From contig JACPNK010000006.1 in NCBI GenBank assembly GCA_016185525.1, positions 22,728 through 86,727 of the forward strand: 64,000 nucleotides of DNA, written 5' to 3'. The DNA comes from Candidatus Yanofskybacteria bacterium (GTDB lineage: Bacteria > Patescibacteriota > Minisyncoccia > 2-02-FULL-40-12 > IGHO2-12-FULL-4). Below are positions 1-10,600 of the stretch, one piece after another. The number at the start of each line of letters is the position of its first letter. Within the stretch, counting starts at the first letter, position 1. Made by a program: the position numbers and the translations under genes. The notes below the pieces were generated by a model. It saw nothing but the letters and a program-made list of their open reading frames with translations. It made no database searches and was not told where the DNA came from.

Positions 1-107
1 AGCGGAGCGCGCATAGATCCGTGGGAGATTACCACGTTGATAGGATGCAGGTGTAAGTCCGGTAACGGATTCAGCCGAGCATTACTAATAGATCAATTAA
101 TTCCTTG
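1..107 (+). rRNA. rrl: 23S rRNA, 3' end (partial)
   Basis: CCACGTTGATAGGATGCAGGTGTAAG...CAGCCGAGCATTACTAATAGATC matches the conserved 3'-terminal region of bacterial 23S rRNA; end position approximate. Confidence 0.9.
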
Positions 108-171
108 CAAGATTAAGCCTAAATTTAACTTTACCCAACAAAAAAAACGAGCAAGACATTGTGTACAGTGT

Positions 172-359
172 AAAGGAGTTATACTGCGAGTGCTCCACCT
201 GATCCCATTCCGAACTCAGAAGTGAAATCTCGCAAGGCCGATGATACCCAGCTCTTTTGACCGCAGCACGACATTATTTTTTGTAGACTTAGGGTCTATA
301 GTAATAAAGTTGTTGCAGTGTTGAGATCAAAAGGGCTGGGAAAAGTAGGTAACTCCTCT
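172..359 (+). rRNA. rrf: 5S rRNA with about 70 nt expansion in helix IV/loop D
   Basis: CCACCTGATCCCATTCCGAACTCAGAAGTGAAA...GGCCGATGATA and AAAGTAGG motifs; helix I AGGAGTTA/TAACTCCT; extended hairpin 247-340. Confidence 0.85.
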
Positions 360-627
360 ACACTGTATGCAATACGCTCGTTTTTGTTTGGGGACTCAGA
401 AGCATACCCCCTTGGGGTAAAAGACATCAAGGCCGATGCGTCAGTCCTGTATAAGGCAAAAATTACGCAAAAGCGAAGCGAGGCTATGCCGAGCGGAGTC
501 CCGCCTATATGAAATATGGGCGGGGTAGGTCGTCGCCAGACTAATGGCTTTAATTTTGGATCCGCTTGACAATACGCTGTCTCTGGTGTATTATTTTATT
601 ATCCTTTTACAATATGGGGGAAACTAG

Positions 628-1428
628 ATGCGCAAATTTGCTTTGACAGTTGTCGTATTCTTTATTCTGTCCAATGGCTATATCTTTGGGGCCACCTACA
701 AAGTAAAAATCGGAGACAATCTGACCCGAATTAGCCGTAAGATTGGTTATAGTGTTGAGCAAATTGTGACTGTAAACAGTATTAAAAATCCAGACATTAT
801 CATACCCGGACAAATTATCCGATACGTAGACATAGAAGACATTCAACTTGCCAGATTGTGGTTAGTTACAGCTTTATCTGACCCAACATTAACTCAAGAA
901 AGTTACTTGGTCATGAAACAAACCATTCGCGATCTAGATGGTATATGGTCTAAAAGTAATAAAAACTCTAGCCAAACTCTTGGTGAAATTTTGAGGATAA
1001 CTCAACTGGTTCGTTCCTCTGAGAAGCAGTTAATTGACCGTCAACTCATCAACCTAAATCTTTGTGTAAATGGAGCACAGTTCGTACTGCGCAATCCTCC
1101 TAGAGTTGAAATATGGAGTTACCCAGAAATCAAAAAAGCAGTTATTTATGTATCCGATTTTCCTGGTCTTTATCGCCTTACTCTTAGGAATACGATAGAT
1201 TTGTCAGATCTTTTTTATGTTATACAGTTGGATCCTTTTTATGTAGATCTAGGAAACATGGTAGCAATCTCAGTAATCAACACAGACACGGAGCTGTGTC
1301 CAAAAAATGCTGAGGAAGTTTTGCTCTATCTTTTCCAGAGAAAAGGATACCCTTTTCTTTTAGGAATAGAAGCCCTAGAAAGACTCTCTCGGTTGTCCGG
1401 TTTATCTCACTCTTACCGTTTGCCGTGA
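628..1428 (+). CDS. Secreted LysM-domain protein
   Basis: Signal peptide then YKVKIGDNLTRISRKIG...NSIKNPDIIIPGQII LysM motif; TTGACA..TATTAT promoter upstream. Confidence 0.8.
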   Translation: MRKFALTVVVFFILSNGYIFGATYKVKIGDNLTRISRKIGYSVEQIVTVNSIKNPDIIIPGQIIRYVDIEDIQLARLWLVTALSDPTLTQESYLVMKQTIRDLDGIWSKSNKNSSQTLGEILRITQLVRSSEKQLIDRQLINLNLCVNGAQFVLRNPPRVEIWSYPEIKKAVIYVSDFPGLYRLTLRNTIDLSDLFYVIQLDPFYVDLGNMVAISVINTDTELCPKNAEEVLLYLFQRKGYPFLLGIEALERLSRLSGLSHSYRLP

Positions 1429-1432
1429 ATTT

Positions 1433-1462
1433 AAAGCGGCTGCATAGTTAGCCGCTTTTTTT
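1433..1462 (+). terminator. Intrinsic terminator
   Basis: AAAGCGGCT-loop-AGCCGCTTTTTTT directly after the stop. Confidence 0.7.
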
Positions 1463-1667
1463 GTACGCATTTTTGTTTATACTTAAAGCGATATGTTGCC
1501 ACGGATTCAAAAACAGCTGATTTTCGGATTTGTTTTTCTTGTTGCAGTGGGGTTGCTTGTTTTTGGCATAGAACGCTGGACGGAGCCAACGCCGACTTTT
1601 TTGACAGAGTCATACAAATATGCTATCCTATTTTAAAGTGTAGCGTCATCTTTGGGGGACACATTCT

Positions 1668-2276
1668 TTGAGAATTCTATATCATATTCCTGTTCTACAT
1701 AATTTTGCAGATAACGGACGTAGCCCAGAAGATCCCTTGATGAAATTTGTCGAAAAGTTTTGGGATGCGGTTGATCTAGCCGTTGAGAGTCTTCAGTTGC
1801 CATGGACATCAGTCGTTTTATATAACGATTCGTTTATACTTTCTCCAAACAATCAGTCGTGGATGACAGGAGTCATCAATAGTCAGGCCAACAAAGGGAG
1901 CAGGCATTGGCAACTTGTTCTTAGGTTGGTTGAGATAGGCGCAAGATTAGAAAAAACAGAACACCATAAGCTGTTGGGTATAAAAAGTTGGAGTGTCCCA
2001 CGTGAGTTGACAAAAACGGAGTCTTTTCTCAGGGACCCCTCAACACCAAGTTATAAAAAAAACGAGCTAAAGAAAAAGATTTTGCTTCTTCGTGATCGTT
2101 ATATTGCTCATCGTATTAATATGACGTTGGGAGATAAAGAATCGGGTCTGCTTCTGTTGGGTGCTGCTCACAGAGATTTTATTTGTTTTCTCTCTCACAA
2201 TATTGAAGTAAAAAATGTCTTAAGCCAGGAAGATTACAGGAAGTTCCTTTTGTATGTATATGAAAAAAATTTTTAG
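1668..2276 (+). CDS. Hypothetical protein
   Basis: 202-aa ORF followed by a GCAGCT/AGCTGC-T-run terminator; RDRYIAHRIN...GLLLLGAAH motif, function unknown. Confidence 0.65.
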   Translation: MRILYHIPVLHNFADNGRSPEDPLMKFVEKFWDAVDLAVESLQLPWTSVVLYNDSFILSPNNQSWMTGVINSQANKGSRHWQLVLRLVEIGARLEKTEHHKLLGIKSWSVPRELTKTESFLRDPSTPSYKKNELKKKILLLRDRYIAHRINMTLGDKESGLLLLGAAHRDFICFLSHNIEVKNVLSQEDYRKFLLYVYEKNF

Positions 2277-2336
2277 GCAGCTGCTAATTAGCTGCTTTTT
2301 TTTACGTTCGATTTGGTCTATACTTGAAATATAGCT

Positions 2337-3167
2337 ATGTCTAGAACTGTCAAACAACTTCTATTTGGCCTTATTTTTCTGACCCTTTTCGGGTTAGTAA
2401 GCTTTGGGATTTATAAATCATTTCAGGTTGAGCCGACTTGTTTTGACAAGATTCAAAACCAGCAGGAAGAAGGCGTGGATTGCGGCAAAGTCTGCGGAAA
2501 TACCTGTCTTCAGTCTTTGGAATCTGTCAGGGTTTTGAGTTCAAACCTTTTTGAGATTAGAGAGTTAAATGGCCAGATAGATTACGATGCTCTTTTCAGG
2601 GTCTATAACCCAAATACTCAATTCGGCTCTTCAAATACCGAGTTTGAACTTAAAATTTTAGATTCTGCCAACAATGTTATATTATCTCAAGCGGGCAGTT
2701 TCTACATTCTTCCCGGCCAGACAAAATATATTTACATTCCACTGCTCAAGACCAGTGTTGCCGGCAATCGCGCGGAACTGAACATCCGGAAAGCTGACTG
2801 GCAAAAACTGGAGGGAATTTTTGGTGAGGAGGTAAAATTAGTCGTCAAATCTAAAGATTATTTTGCCAACGGCAAGCCGGGTGTTTCGGCCAGAGTTACA
2901 GGGACTATTTTTAACTCTTCTGATTTTGATTTTGAGAGAGTAGATGTTGTCGTGGTTCTTTTGAAGAACAATGTTCCTGTCGGGGCAAATAGGACAGAGA
3001 TGAGAACCCTTTTATCTAAAAGCGACAGGTTTTTTGAAGTTGACTGGATCAATCCTATTCCCGAAAACCCCGACCGCATAGATGTTGAAGCCAGTACTAA
3101 TGTTTTTATGAACTCTAACTTTATCAGGCGCTACGGCACTCAAGAAAAGTTCCAACAGCCATTTTAG
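2337..3167 (+). CDS. Membrane-anchored hypothetical protein with Cys motif
   Basis: N-terminal TM helix, PTCFDKIQNQQEEGVDCG motif, beta-rich body; directly upstream of rodA. Confidence 0.75.
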   Translation: MSRTVKQLLFGLIFLTLFGLVSFGIYKSFQVEPTCFDKIQNQQEEGVDCGKVCGNTCLQSLESVRVLSSNLFEIRELNGQIDYDALFRVYNPNTQFGSSNTEFELKILDSANNVILSQAGSFYILPGQTKYIYIPLLKTSVAGNRAELNIRKADWQKLEGIFGEEVKLVVKSKDYFANGKPGVSARVTGTIFNSSDFDFERVDVVVVLLKNNVPVGANRTEMRTLLSKSDRFFEVDWINPIPENPDRIDVEASTNVFMNSNFIRRYGTQEKFQQPF

Positions 3168-3168
3168 A

Positions 3169-4251
3169 ATGAATCCCTCTCTTTTTTTAAGAAAATTTGA
3201 TTGGCGCCTTTTTTTTATTTTTTTGGCTTTATTGGGAGCGGGCTTGTTTTCCATGGCCGGCATGGGACCCAACATCAGGCCTTTTTTGGAAAAACAAATT
3301 TATTTTTTGATTGTCGGTTCCGTTCTTATTTTTCTCGTTTCTTTTTTTGATTACCGTGTTTTTAAAAACAGTTCCCTGCCGTCGCTGTTAATATATCTGA
3401 TAGCCTTAGTTCTTTTGGTGATTTCTTTGATGTCCAGTTCGGTGCGGGGAATTAACGCATGGATCAATTTTGGCAGTATAAGATTGGAGCCATCGGAGTT
3501 TGCCAAACTCGCTGTCGTCATATTGCTGGCCAAGTATTTCTCCCAGAAGCACGCGGAGATTTATAGAATCCACCATATTGTCGCTTCCGGAGTTTATGCT
3601 ATGGTTCCGGCTCTTTTGGTTTTAAAGCAGCCTGACTTGGGGTCGGCTTTTATTTTTTTTGCGATTTGGCTGTCCATGCTTTTGGCAGTCGGAATTAAGA
3701 GAAAGCATCTTATGATAATTTTTTTCTCCGCAATTTTGGTTGCTTCCGTTGCTTGGCTTGTTTTTTTACAACCGTACCAAAAAAACCGCATTACCTCTTT
3801 TTTGAATCCGTATCTGGATCCCAAGGGGGAAGGCTATAGCGTGATTCAGGCCAAGACAGCGATTGGTTCAGGAATGACTTGGGGAAACGGTTTCGGCCAG
3901 GGTACGCAGTCGCGTTTTGGTTTTTTGCCGGAGGCGCATACTGATTTTGCTTTTGCCTCTTTTGGCGAGCAGTTTGGTTTTGCCGGTATTTTAGTTTTGT
4001 TTGCCGCATTTTTTATGTTTCTTTTGCGGGTGGGCGGTATAGGTTTCAGGGCGAAAAACAATTTTGCTAAACTTTTTTCAGTTGGCTTTATTGCTTTTGT
4101 TTTTTCTCACGTTGTCATCAATGCCGGAATGAATTTGGGCTTGATGCCGATTACCGGCATACCGTTTCCTTTCTTGAGTTACGGAGGCAGTTTTTTGATT
4201 TCGCTAAGTTTAGGCATCGGTCTTTTGGAGAGCATAAAGATGAGGAGTTGA
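3169..4251 (+). CDS. rodA: SEDS family peptidoglycan polymerase RodA/FtsW
   Basis: Multi-TM protein with EPSEFAK, QPDLGS, LPEAHTDF, GIPFPFLSYGGS motifs. Confidence 0.9.
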   Translation: MNPSLFLRKFDWRLFFIFLALLGAGLFSMAGMGPNIRPFLEKQIYFLIVGSVLIFLVSFFDYRVFKNSSLPSLLIYLIALVLLVISLMSSSVRGINAWINFGSIRLEPSEFAKLAVVILLAKYFSQKHAEIYRIHHIVASGVYAMVPALLVLKQPDLGSAFIFFAIWLSMLLAVGIKRKHLMIIFFSAILVASVAWLVFLQPYQKNRITSFLNPYLDPKGEGYSVIQAKTAIGSGMTWGNGFGQGTQSRFGFLPEAHTDFAFASFGEQFGFAGILVLFAAFFMFLLRVGGIGFRAKNNFAKLFSVGFIAFVFSHVVINAGMNLGLMPITGIPFPFLSYGGSFLISLSLGIGLLESIKMRS

Positions 4252-4276
4252 CAAAATTTAAGGCAAGGAATACAAT
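4248..4276 (+). promoter_or_regulatory. Sigma70 promoter of rpoBC
   Basis: TTGACA-17nt-TACAAT. Confidence 0.65.
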
Positions 4277-4440
4277 GACCATATTGTTTTTGAATAAAGA
4301 GCCAGGTAGACTAATCATTCTAAGAGGCTTGAATTTGCTAGATTTTAAGATAAAATAAGTACTTTCTAGAGGTTTGAAACCCGTCCAAAGGACAGGAGTC
4401 TGTTTTTGTCTATTTTTTAAATTTAGAACACGTTCTAACC

Positions 4441-7400
4441 ATGGCTACTAGAAAACTATTTTCAAAATACGAGCCGGACGTTTTAGAAGCTCCTAATCTG
4501 GCTCAAGTTCAGTTAGATTCCTACGATTGGTTTTTTAAAGAAGGATTAAGAGAACTGCTCAAAGACATATCACCGGTAAAGGACTGGACGGAAAAAGAAT
4601 TTGAACTTCACTTTGTAGATTATATTTTGGAAAAACCCAAGTTTGACGAGAGGGTTGCCAGAGAAAAAAATATCACCTACGAAGCTCCGTTGCGGATCAA
4701 AGTGGAGCTGAAAAACAAAAGAACCGGCAAAACAGTTGACCAAGAGCTCTATCTTGGAGATTTCCCCCTGATGACGCCCAGGGGCACTTTTATTATTAAT
4801 GGGGTGGAGAGAGTAGTCATTTCTCAACTTATAAGAAGTCCGGGAGCCTTTTTTTACGTTGTCAGATCAACCGGCCTGAGAAATCTTTTTGGCGCCAAGA
4901 TTGTGCCGTCAAGAGGCGCCTGGCTTGAATTTGAAACCGAAAGCAGCGGAGTCATATCAGTCAGGATTGACCGTAAAAGAAAGTTAGCTGCTACCGGATT
5001 GCTTCGGGCTTTTGGCATAGGCAAGGATGAAGATATAAAAAAGCTTTTTACTGACGTTGATACCGATGAAAGCATGAAATATATTTTAGCCACTATCGCT
5101 CAAGACCCCTCCTCTTCAGAAGACGAGGGTCTGATCGAAGTCTATAAACGCATTCGTCCCGGCGATCCGGCTACAGCCGAAAATTCCAGACAGATGATTC
5201 ACAACATGTTTTTTAACTTTTCCCGTTATGATCTTTCCAGGGTGGGACGACACAGAATGAATCAGCGCTTCGGTTTAGATTTTGACTTTTCGGAAAGCAA
5301 CAGGACCCTGAAGCCGGAAGATATTGTCGCCACCTTAAAAGAGATTATCCGTTTGAACAATAATCCTTCCGCCGCTTCTGACAACATTGATCATCTTGGC
5401 AACAGGCGTGTCAAGGTTTTAGGCGAACTCTTGCAAGACAAGTTGAGAGTTGCTTTTGCTCAAATGGAGAGAATCATCAAAGACAGAATGAGTACGATGG
5501 ATGTTGACACTATCTTGCCTTCTCAACTTATTAATCCACGTCCTTTTGTTGCCAGACTTAAAGAATTTTTTGCTTCCGGACAACTTTCACAGTTCATGGA
5601 TCAGTACAATCCTCTTTCTGAACTGGAACACAAGCGCCGTCTGTCCGCGATGGGTCCTGGAGGTTTGACTAGAGAAAGAGCCAGTTTTGAAGTTAGAGAC
5701 GTTCATCCTTCCCACTATGGCAGGATTTGTCCGATTGAAACTCCGGAAGGCCCGAACATTGGTTTGGTTGGCTATCTTTCGTTATATGCCAAAATTTCTC
5801 CTCTCGGTTTCATCTTGACCCCTTACAGAAAAGTCAAAAATGGCAAAGTTACAGACGAGGTTTTGTATTTGGACGCCAGTGAAGAAGAAAGACACATCAT
5901 TGCTCCCGCCGGAGTAAAAATAGGCAAAGACGGCAAGATACTGGAAGAAAAGATACCGGCAAGAATTCACAGCGAAGCCGGTATTGCTTCGGCTAGCGAG
6001 ATAGATTTTGTGGATGTTTCTCCAAAACAGCCTTTTTCAGCGGCAACCTCGCTTATTCCTTTTTTGGAGCATGATGATGCAAACAGGGCGTTGATGGGAT
6101 CAAATATGCAAAGACAGGCGGAACCTTTAATCAATCCGCAATCTCCTTATGTCGGCACCGGTTTGGAAGAAAAGGTTGCCAGAGATTCCGGCTTGATGGT
6201 TGTCGCTGACGAAAGCGGAGAAATTGAAAGTGTGGACGCTTCTCACATAGTTTTAAAAACAGCTAAAGACGAGAAAATCAGATATGAACTGGTTAAGTTT
6301 CTGAAGTCAAACGCTTTCACTGCGATTAATCAGAAGCCTCTTGTTAAAAAAGGAGAAAAAGTTAAGAAGAATCAGGTTTTGGCTGACGGCCAGGCGACTG
6401 ACGGCGGTGAGCTGGCTTTGGGCACCAATCTCTTGGTGGCCTTTACTTCTTTTGAGGGTTTGAACTTTGAGGATGCCATTGTTATTTCTGAACGCTTGAT
6501 TAAGGAAGATGTTTTCACGTCGCTTTACATAGAAGATTACTCAACGGATGTCAGAGAGACAAAACTTGGACCTGAAATTACGACTTACGACATACCAAAT
6601 GTCGGAGAAGAAAGACTTAAAGAGTTGGATTCTGAAGGCGTAATCAGGGTGGGGGCGGAAGTCCGCTCGCAAGATATTCTGGTTGGCAAGATCTCTCCAA
6701 AAGGGGAAAGCGATCTCACTGCGGAAGAGCGTTTGCTAAGAGCCATTTTTGGAGAAAAATCCAGAGATGTTAAAGACACTTCGCGCAGATTGGACTATGG
6801 CAGACAGGGCAGAGTGGTGGGGATAAGAGTTTTTTCCCGAGATCAAGGTGACAGGTTGCCGGCCGGCGTTATTAAAACCATCAGAGTTTCCATCGCTCAA
6901 ATGAGAAAAGTCCAGGTTGGCGACAAGCTGGCCGGGCGGCACGGCAACAAAGGCGTTATCTCGGCGATTTTACCGGAAGAGGAAATGCCCTTTTTGGAGG
7001 ATGGACGGAGAGTGGATATGGTTTTAAGTCCCTTGGGTATCATCTCCAGAATGAACATCGGCCAGGTTTTGGAAACCCATCTCGGCTGGGCGGCTCAACG
7101 TTTGGGCTACAAGGCTACTGTTCCGCCAATGGCCGGACCGACCGAGGAGGCAATAAAAGTGGAGCTAAGAAAAGCCGGCTTGCCGGAAGACGGCAAGGTC
7201 CAGCTTTACAACGGGCGCACCGGATTGCCTTTTCACCAAAGGTCAACCGTCGGGATTATCTATTTTATGAAACTTTCCCATATGGTTGAAGACAAGATTC
7301 ACATGAGATCAATCGGGCCCTATTCTTTAATTACCCAACAGCCTCTCGGCGGAAAAGCCCAATTCGGCGGCCAGAGGTTTGGAGAAATGGAAGTTTGGGC

Positions 7401-7599
7401 GTTGGAAGGCTACGGCGCGGCCCACACTTTACAGGAAATGCTGACCATTAAATCAGACGATGTTTTGGGACGCGCCAAAACTTACGAAAACATAGTTAAC
7501 GGCGAGGAAATCAGGGCGCCGCATATTCCCGAATCGTTTAAAGTCCTGCTTTCTGAAATTAAAGGATTGGGCTTGAACGCGGAGTTATTAGAAAGGTAA
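4441..7599 (+). CDS. rpoB: RNA polymerase beta subunit
   Basis: GTFIINGVERV, GRICPIETPEGPNIG, GDKLAGRHGNKG, GGQRFGEMEVWALE. Confidence 0.99.
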   Translation: MATRKLFSKYEPDVLEAPNLAQVQLDSYDWFFKEGLRELLKDISPVKDWTEKEFELHFVDYILEKPKFDERVAREKNITYEAPLRIKVELKNKRTGKTVDQELYLGDFPLMTPRGTFIINGVERVVISQLIRSPGAFFYVVRSTGLRNLFGAKIVPSRGAWLEFETESSGVISVRIDRKRKLAATGLLRAFGIGKDEDIKKLFTDVDTDESMKYILATIAQDPSSSEDEGLIEVYKRIRPGDPATAENSRQMIHNMFFNFSRYDLSRVGRHRMNQRFGLDFDFSESNRTLKPEDIVATLKEIIRLNNNPSAASDNIDHLGNRRVKVLGELLQDKLRVAFAQMERIIKDRMSTMDVDTILPSQLINPRPFVARLKEFFASGQLSQFMDQYNPLSELEHKRRLSAMGPGGLTRERASFEVRDVHPSHYGRICPIETPEGPNIGLVGYLSLYAKISPLGFILTPYRKVKNGKVTDEVLYLDASEEERHIIAPAGVKIGKDGKILEEKIPARIHSEAGIASASEIDFVDVSPKQPFSAATSLIPFLEHDDANRALMGSNMQRQAEPLINPQSPYVGTGLEEKVARDSGLMVVADESGEIESVDASHIVLKTAKDEKIRYELVKFLKSNAFTAINQKPLVKKGEKVKKNQVLADGQATDGGELALGTNLLVAFTSFEGLNFEDAIVISERLIKEDVFTSLYIEDYSTDVRETKLGPEITTYDIPNVGEERLKELDSEGVIRVGAEVRSQDILVGKISPKGESDLTAEERLLRAIFGEKSRDVKDTSRRLDYGRQGRVVGIRVFSRDQGDRLPAGVIKTIRVSIAQMRKVQVGDKLAGRHGNKGVISAILPEEEMPFLEDGRRVDMVLSPLGIISRMNIGQVLETHLGWAAQRLGYKATVPPMAGPTEEAIKVELRKAGLPEDGKVQLYNGRTGLPFHQRSTVGIIYFMKLSHMVEDKIHMRSIGPYSLITQQPLGGKAQFGGQRFGEMEVWALEGYGAAHTLQEMLTIKSDDVLGRAKTYENIVNGEEIRAPHIPESFKVLLSEIKGLGLNAELLER

Positions 7600-7667
7600 G
7601 TAAGTTTAAAGTCTAAAGACTAATGACTAAGGCCAGAAAAATCTTGCTTTAGACTTTAGTCTGTTCA

Positions 7668-10600
7668 ATGAATAACTTTACATCATTAAAACTAAAAATA
7701 GCCTCTCCAGAAGAGATTCTCGAGTGGTCTTACGGAGAAGTTACCAAGCCGGAAACGATAAACTACAGGACCCAAAAACCGGAAAGAGACGGCTTGTTTT
7801 CCGAAGCTATTTTCGGGCCGGTCAAAGATTTTGAATGCTATTGCGGAAAATACAAGAGAATAAGATATAAAGGCATAATTTGTGACCGTTGTGGAGTAGA
7901 AGTAACCAGATCAATCGTTAGGCGTGAAAGGATGGGCCATATCAGGCTTGCCAGTCCCGTTGCCCATATATGGTTTTTGAGAGGTGTGCCATCTAAAGTT
8001 GCCGTGGTTTTGGATGTCTCTTTGGTGGAACTTGAAAGAGTTATATATTTTGCCAGCTATATTGTGATGCGGGTGAACGAGGAGCTTAAGGCCGAAGCCA
8101 TGAAAAAGATTGAAAATGAGTTTCGTTCAAAAATCAAGAATGCCAAAGATGAAAACGAGGCAATTCGTCTGAAAGAGCAGAAAGACTATGAAAAGAACAA
8201 TCTACGCGCCATCAAGAAATACCAGATTCTTTCGGAGTTGGATTTTAGAGATTTATCTTTAAAATACGGCGAGGTTTTTGAGGCGGGCATCGGCGCCGAG
8301 GCCATCAAAAAACTTTTGGGTGAAATTGAACTCAACGACTTGGTGAAAGCTACGGATAACGAGCTTAAGGCAACCGACAACCCTAACATCAGAAAAAAAA
8401 TGATTCGCAGGCTCAAGCTTCTCAGGGGCATGATCAGAAATAATATCAGACCCGAGTGGATGATTTTGGATATTCTTCCCGTGATTCCGCCGGCTTTGCG
8501 TCCGATGGTTCAACTGGACGGCGGCAGGTTTGCTACAGCCGATTTAAACGATCTTTACCGCCGGGTTATCAATAGGAACAACCGTTTGAAACATTTATTG
8601 GAACTCCATGCTCCGGAAGTTATAACTAAAAACGAAAAAAGAATGCTGCAGGAAGCAGTGGATGCTTTGATTGATAACTCTATGCGCCGCGGACAAACCA
8701 TGATTTCCGCTTCAACCGGCCAAAAGAGAGCTCTGAAATCTTTGGCCGATATGTTAAAAGGCAAGACCGGGCGTTTCAGGCAGAATCTTTTGGGCAAGAG
8801 GGTAGACTACTCTGGCCGAAGCGTTATTGTCGTCGGACCGAACCTTGATATTGACCAATGCGGTTTGCCTAAGCATATGGCGCTTGAGCTTTTCAAGCCT
8901 TTCGTGGTGCATAAATTAATCAGCGCCGGTTTAGCTCACAATATCAAATCCGCTAACCGCTTGATTGACCAGCAAATTCCGGAAGTTTGGCAGGCCTTGG
9001 AAGAATCCATTAAAGACAAACTAGTTTTACTTAACAGGGCGCCGACTCTGCATCGTTTGAGCGTTCAGGCTTTCAGGCCAAGCTTGATTGAGGGCAAAGC
9101 TATTACAATTCCGGCTTTGCCGACCAGCGCTTTTAACGCTGATTTTGACGGTGACCAGATGGCGGTCCACTTGCCTTTGACAAACGAAGCACAAAAAGAA
9201 GCTAAAGACTTGATGCTTGCCAGCCACGGAATTCTCAAGCCCTCAACCGGAGAACCGGTTGCCGCGCCGTCAAAAGACGTGGTTTTCGGCTGTTTCTATC
9301 TTACTCATCCTGGTGACAATCTTTTGGGCGAAGGCAAAACGTTTTCTTCAGAAGAGGAAGCATTGCTTTCACACAATAATGGCTTTACCGATTTGAGGGC
9401 TAAAATAAAAATTAAAACAGATAAAAAAATAGATGCTAACGAGCTTTTGGAAAATGGATTTATTACGACTACTGTCGGCCGGATAATTTTTAACCGCGGT
9501 TTGCCTGAAGATTTTCGCTTTGTTAACAAAACTTTGACCAAGGGCCAGTTGAAGGCTCTTGAAGCCGAGCTTTTGGATGAACGGGGAGAAGAGGAAACGG
9601 TAAAGTTTTTGAATACCGCTAAAAATTTAGGTTTTCATTATGCCACTATTTCCGGCGTCTCTTTTGCGGTTGAAGATTTGCGCGCAGTTTCTGACAAGCA
9701 GTCGATGCTAGACGAAGCCGATCAGAAAATTGAAGAAGGCCGCGGCTTGTATGATCAGGGTCTGCTCACGGAATATGAAAGAAAGTCTAAGGCTATAGAA
9801 GTTTGGACCGATGTTAAATCTCGTTTGGAAAAAATGGTTAAACAAAATTTTAAAAATGACGATTCGGTCTTTATGTTGGTTGAGTCCGGCGCCAGAGGTT
9901 CTTGGGCGACGGTTAATCAGCTGGCCGGCATGAGGGGTTTATTTGCTAATCCGGCCGGAGAGTTGATTGAACTGCCGGTAAAAGGCTCTTTCAAAGAAGG
10001 CTTGAGTGTTTTGGAATATTTTCTTTCAACTCACGGCGCCAGAAAAGGTCTGGTTGACACCGCGTTAAACACCGCCCAAGCCGGTTATCTGACCAGGCGT
10101 TTGGTTGATGTTGCTCAAGACGTTGTGGTTAAAGAAAAAGACTGCAAAGACAAAGATGGCTATGTCATGTTAACTGAAGATGGGAAGCAGATAGGCGAAT
10201 CTCTGGGCAAGAGGATAAAAGGAAGAGTAATTCTGGAAGACGTTTTAGACAAGGACGGCGAGGTTGTCATAAAGAAAGGAACTCTTATCAGCAAGGACTT
10301 GGCGGCAAAGATTGACTCTCTCAACTTGGACAAGATAAGGATAAGGTCCATTATTGCTTGCAGAGCCAAAGACGGCATTTGTCAGTATTGCTACGGTTAC
10401 GATCTGTCAAAGAATCGGCTGGTTGAAGTTGGCGAGGCTGTGGGTATTGTAACCGCGCAGGCAATTGGTGAGCCGGGCACCCAGCTGACCATGAGAACTT
10501 TCCATACCGGAGGCGTGGCTGGCGGAGGCGATATTACCATGGGCTTGCCCAGAGTGGAAGAAATTTTTGAAGCCCGGACGCCTTCTGCCAAAGCTCTTGT

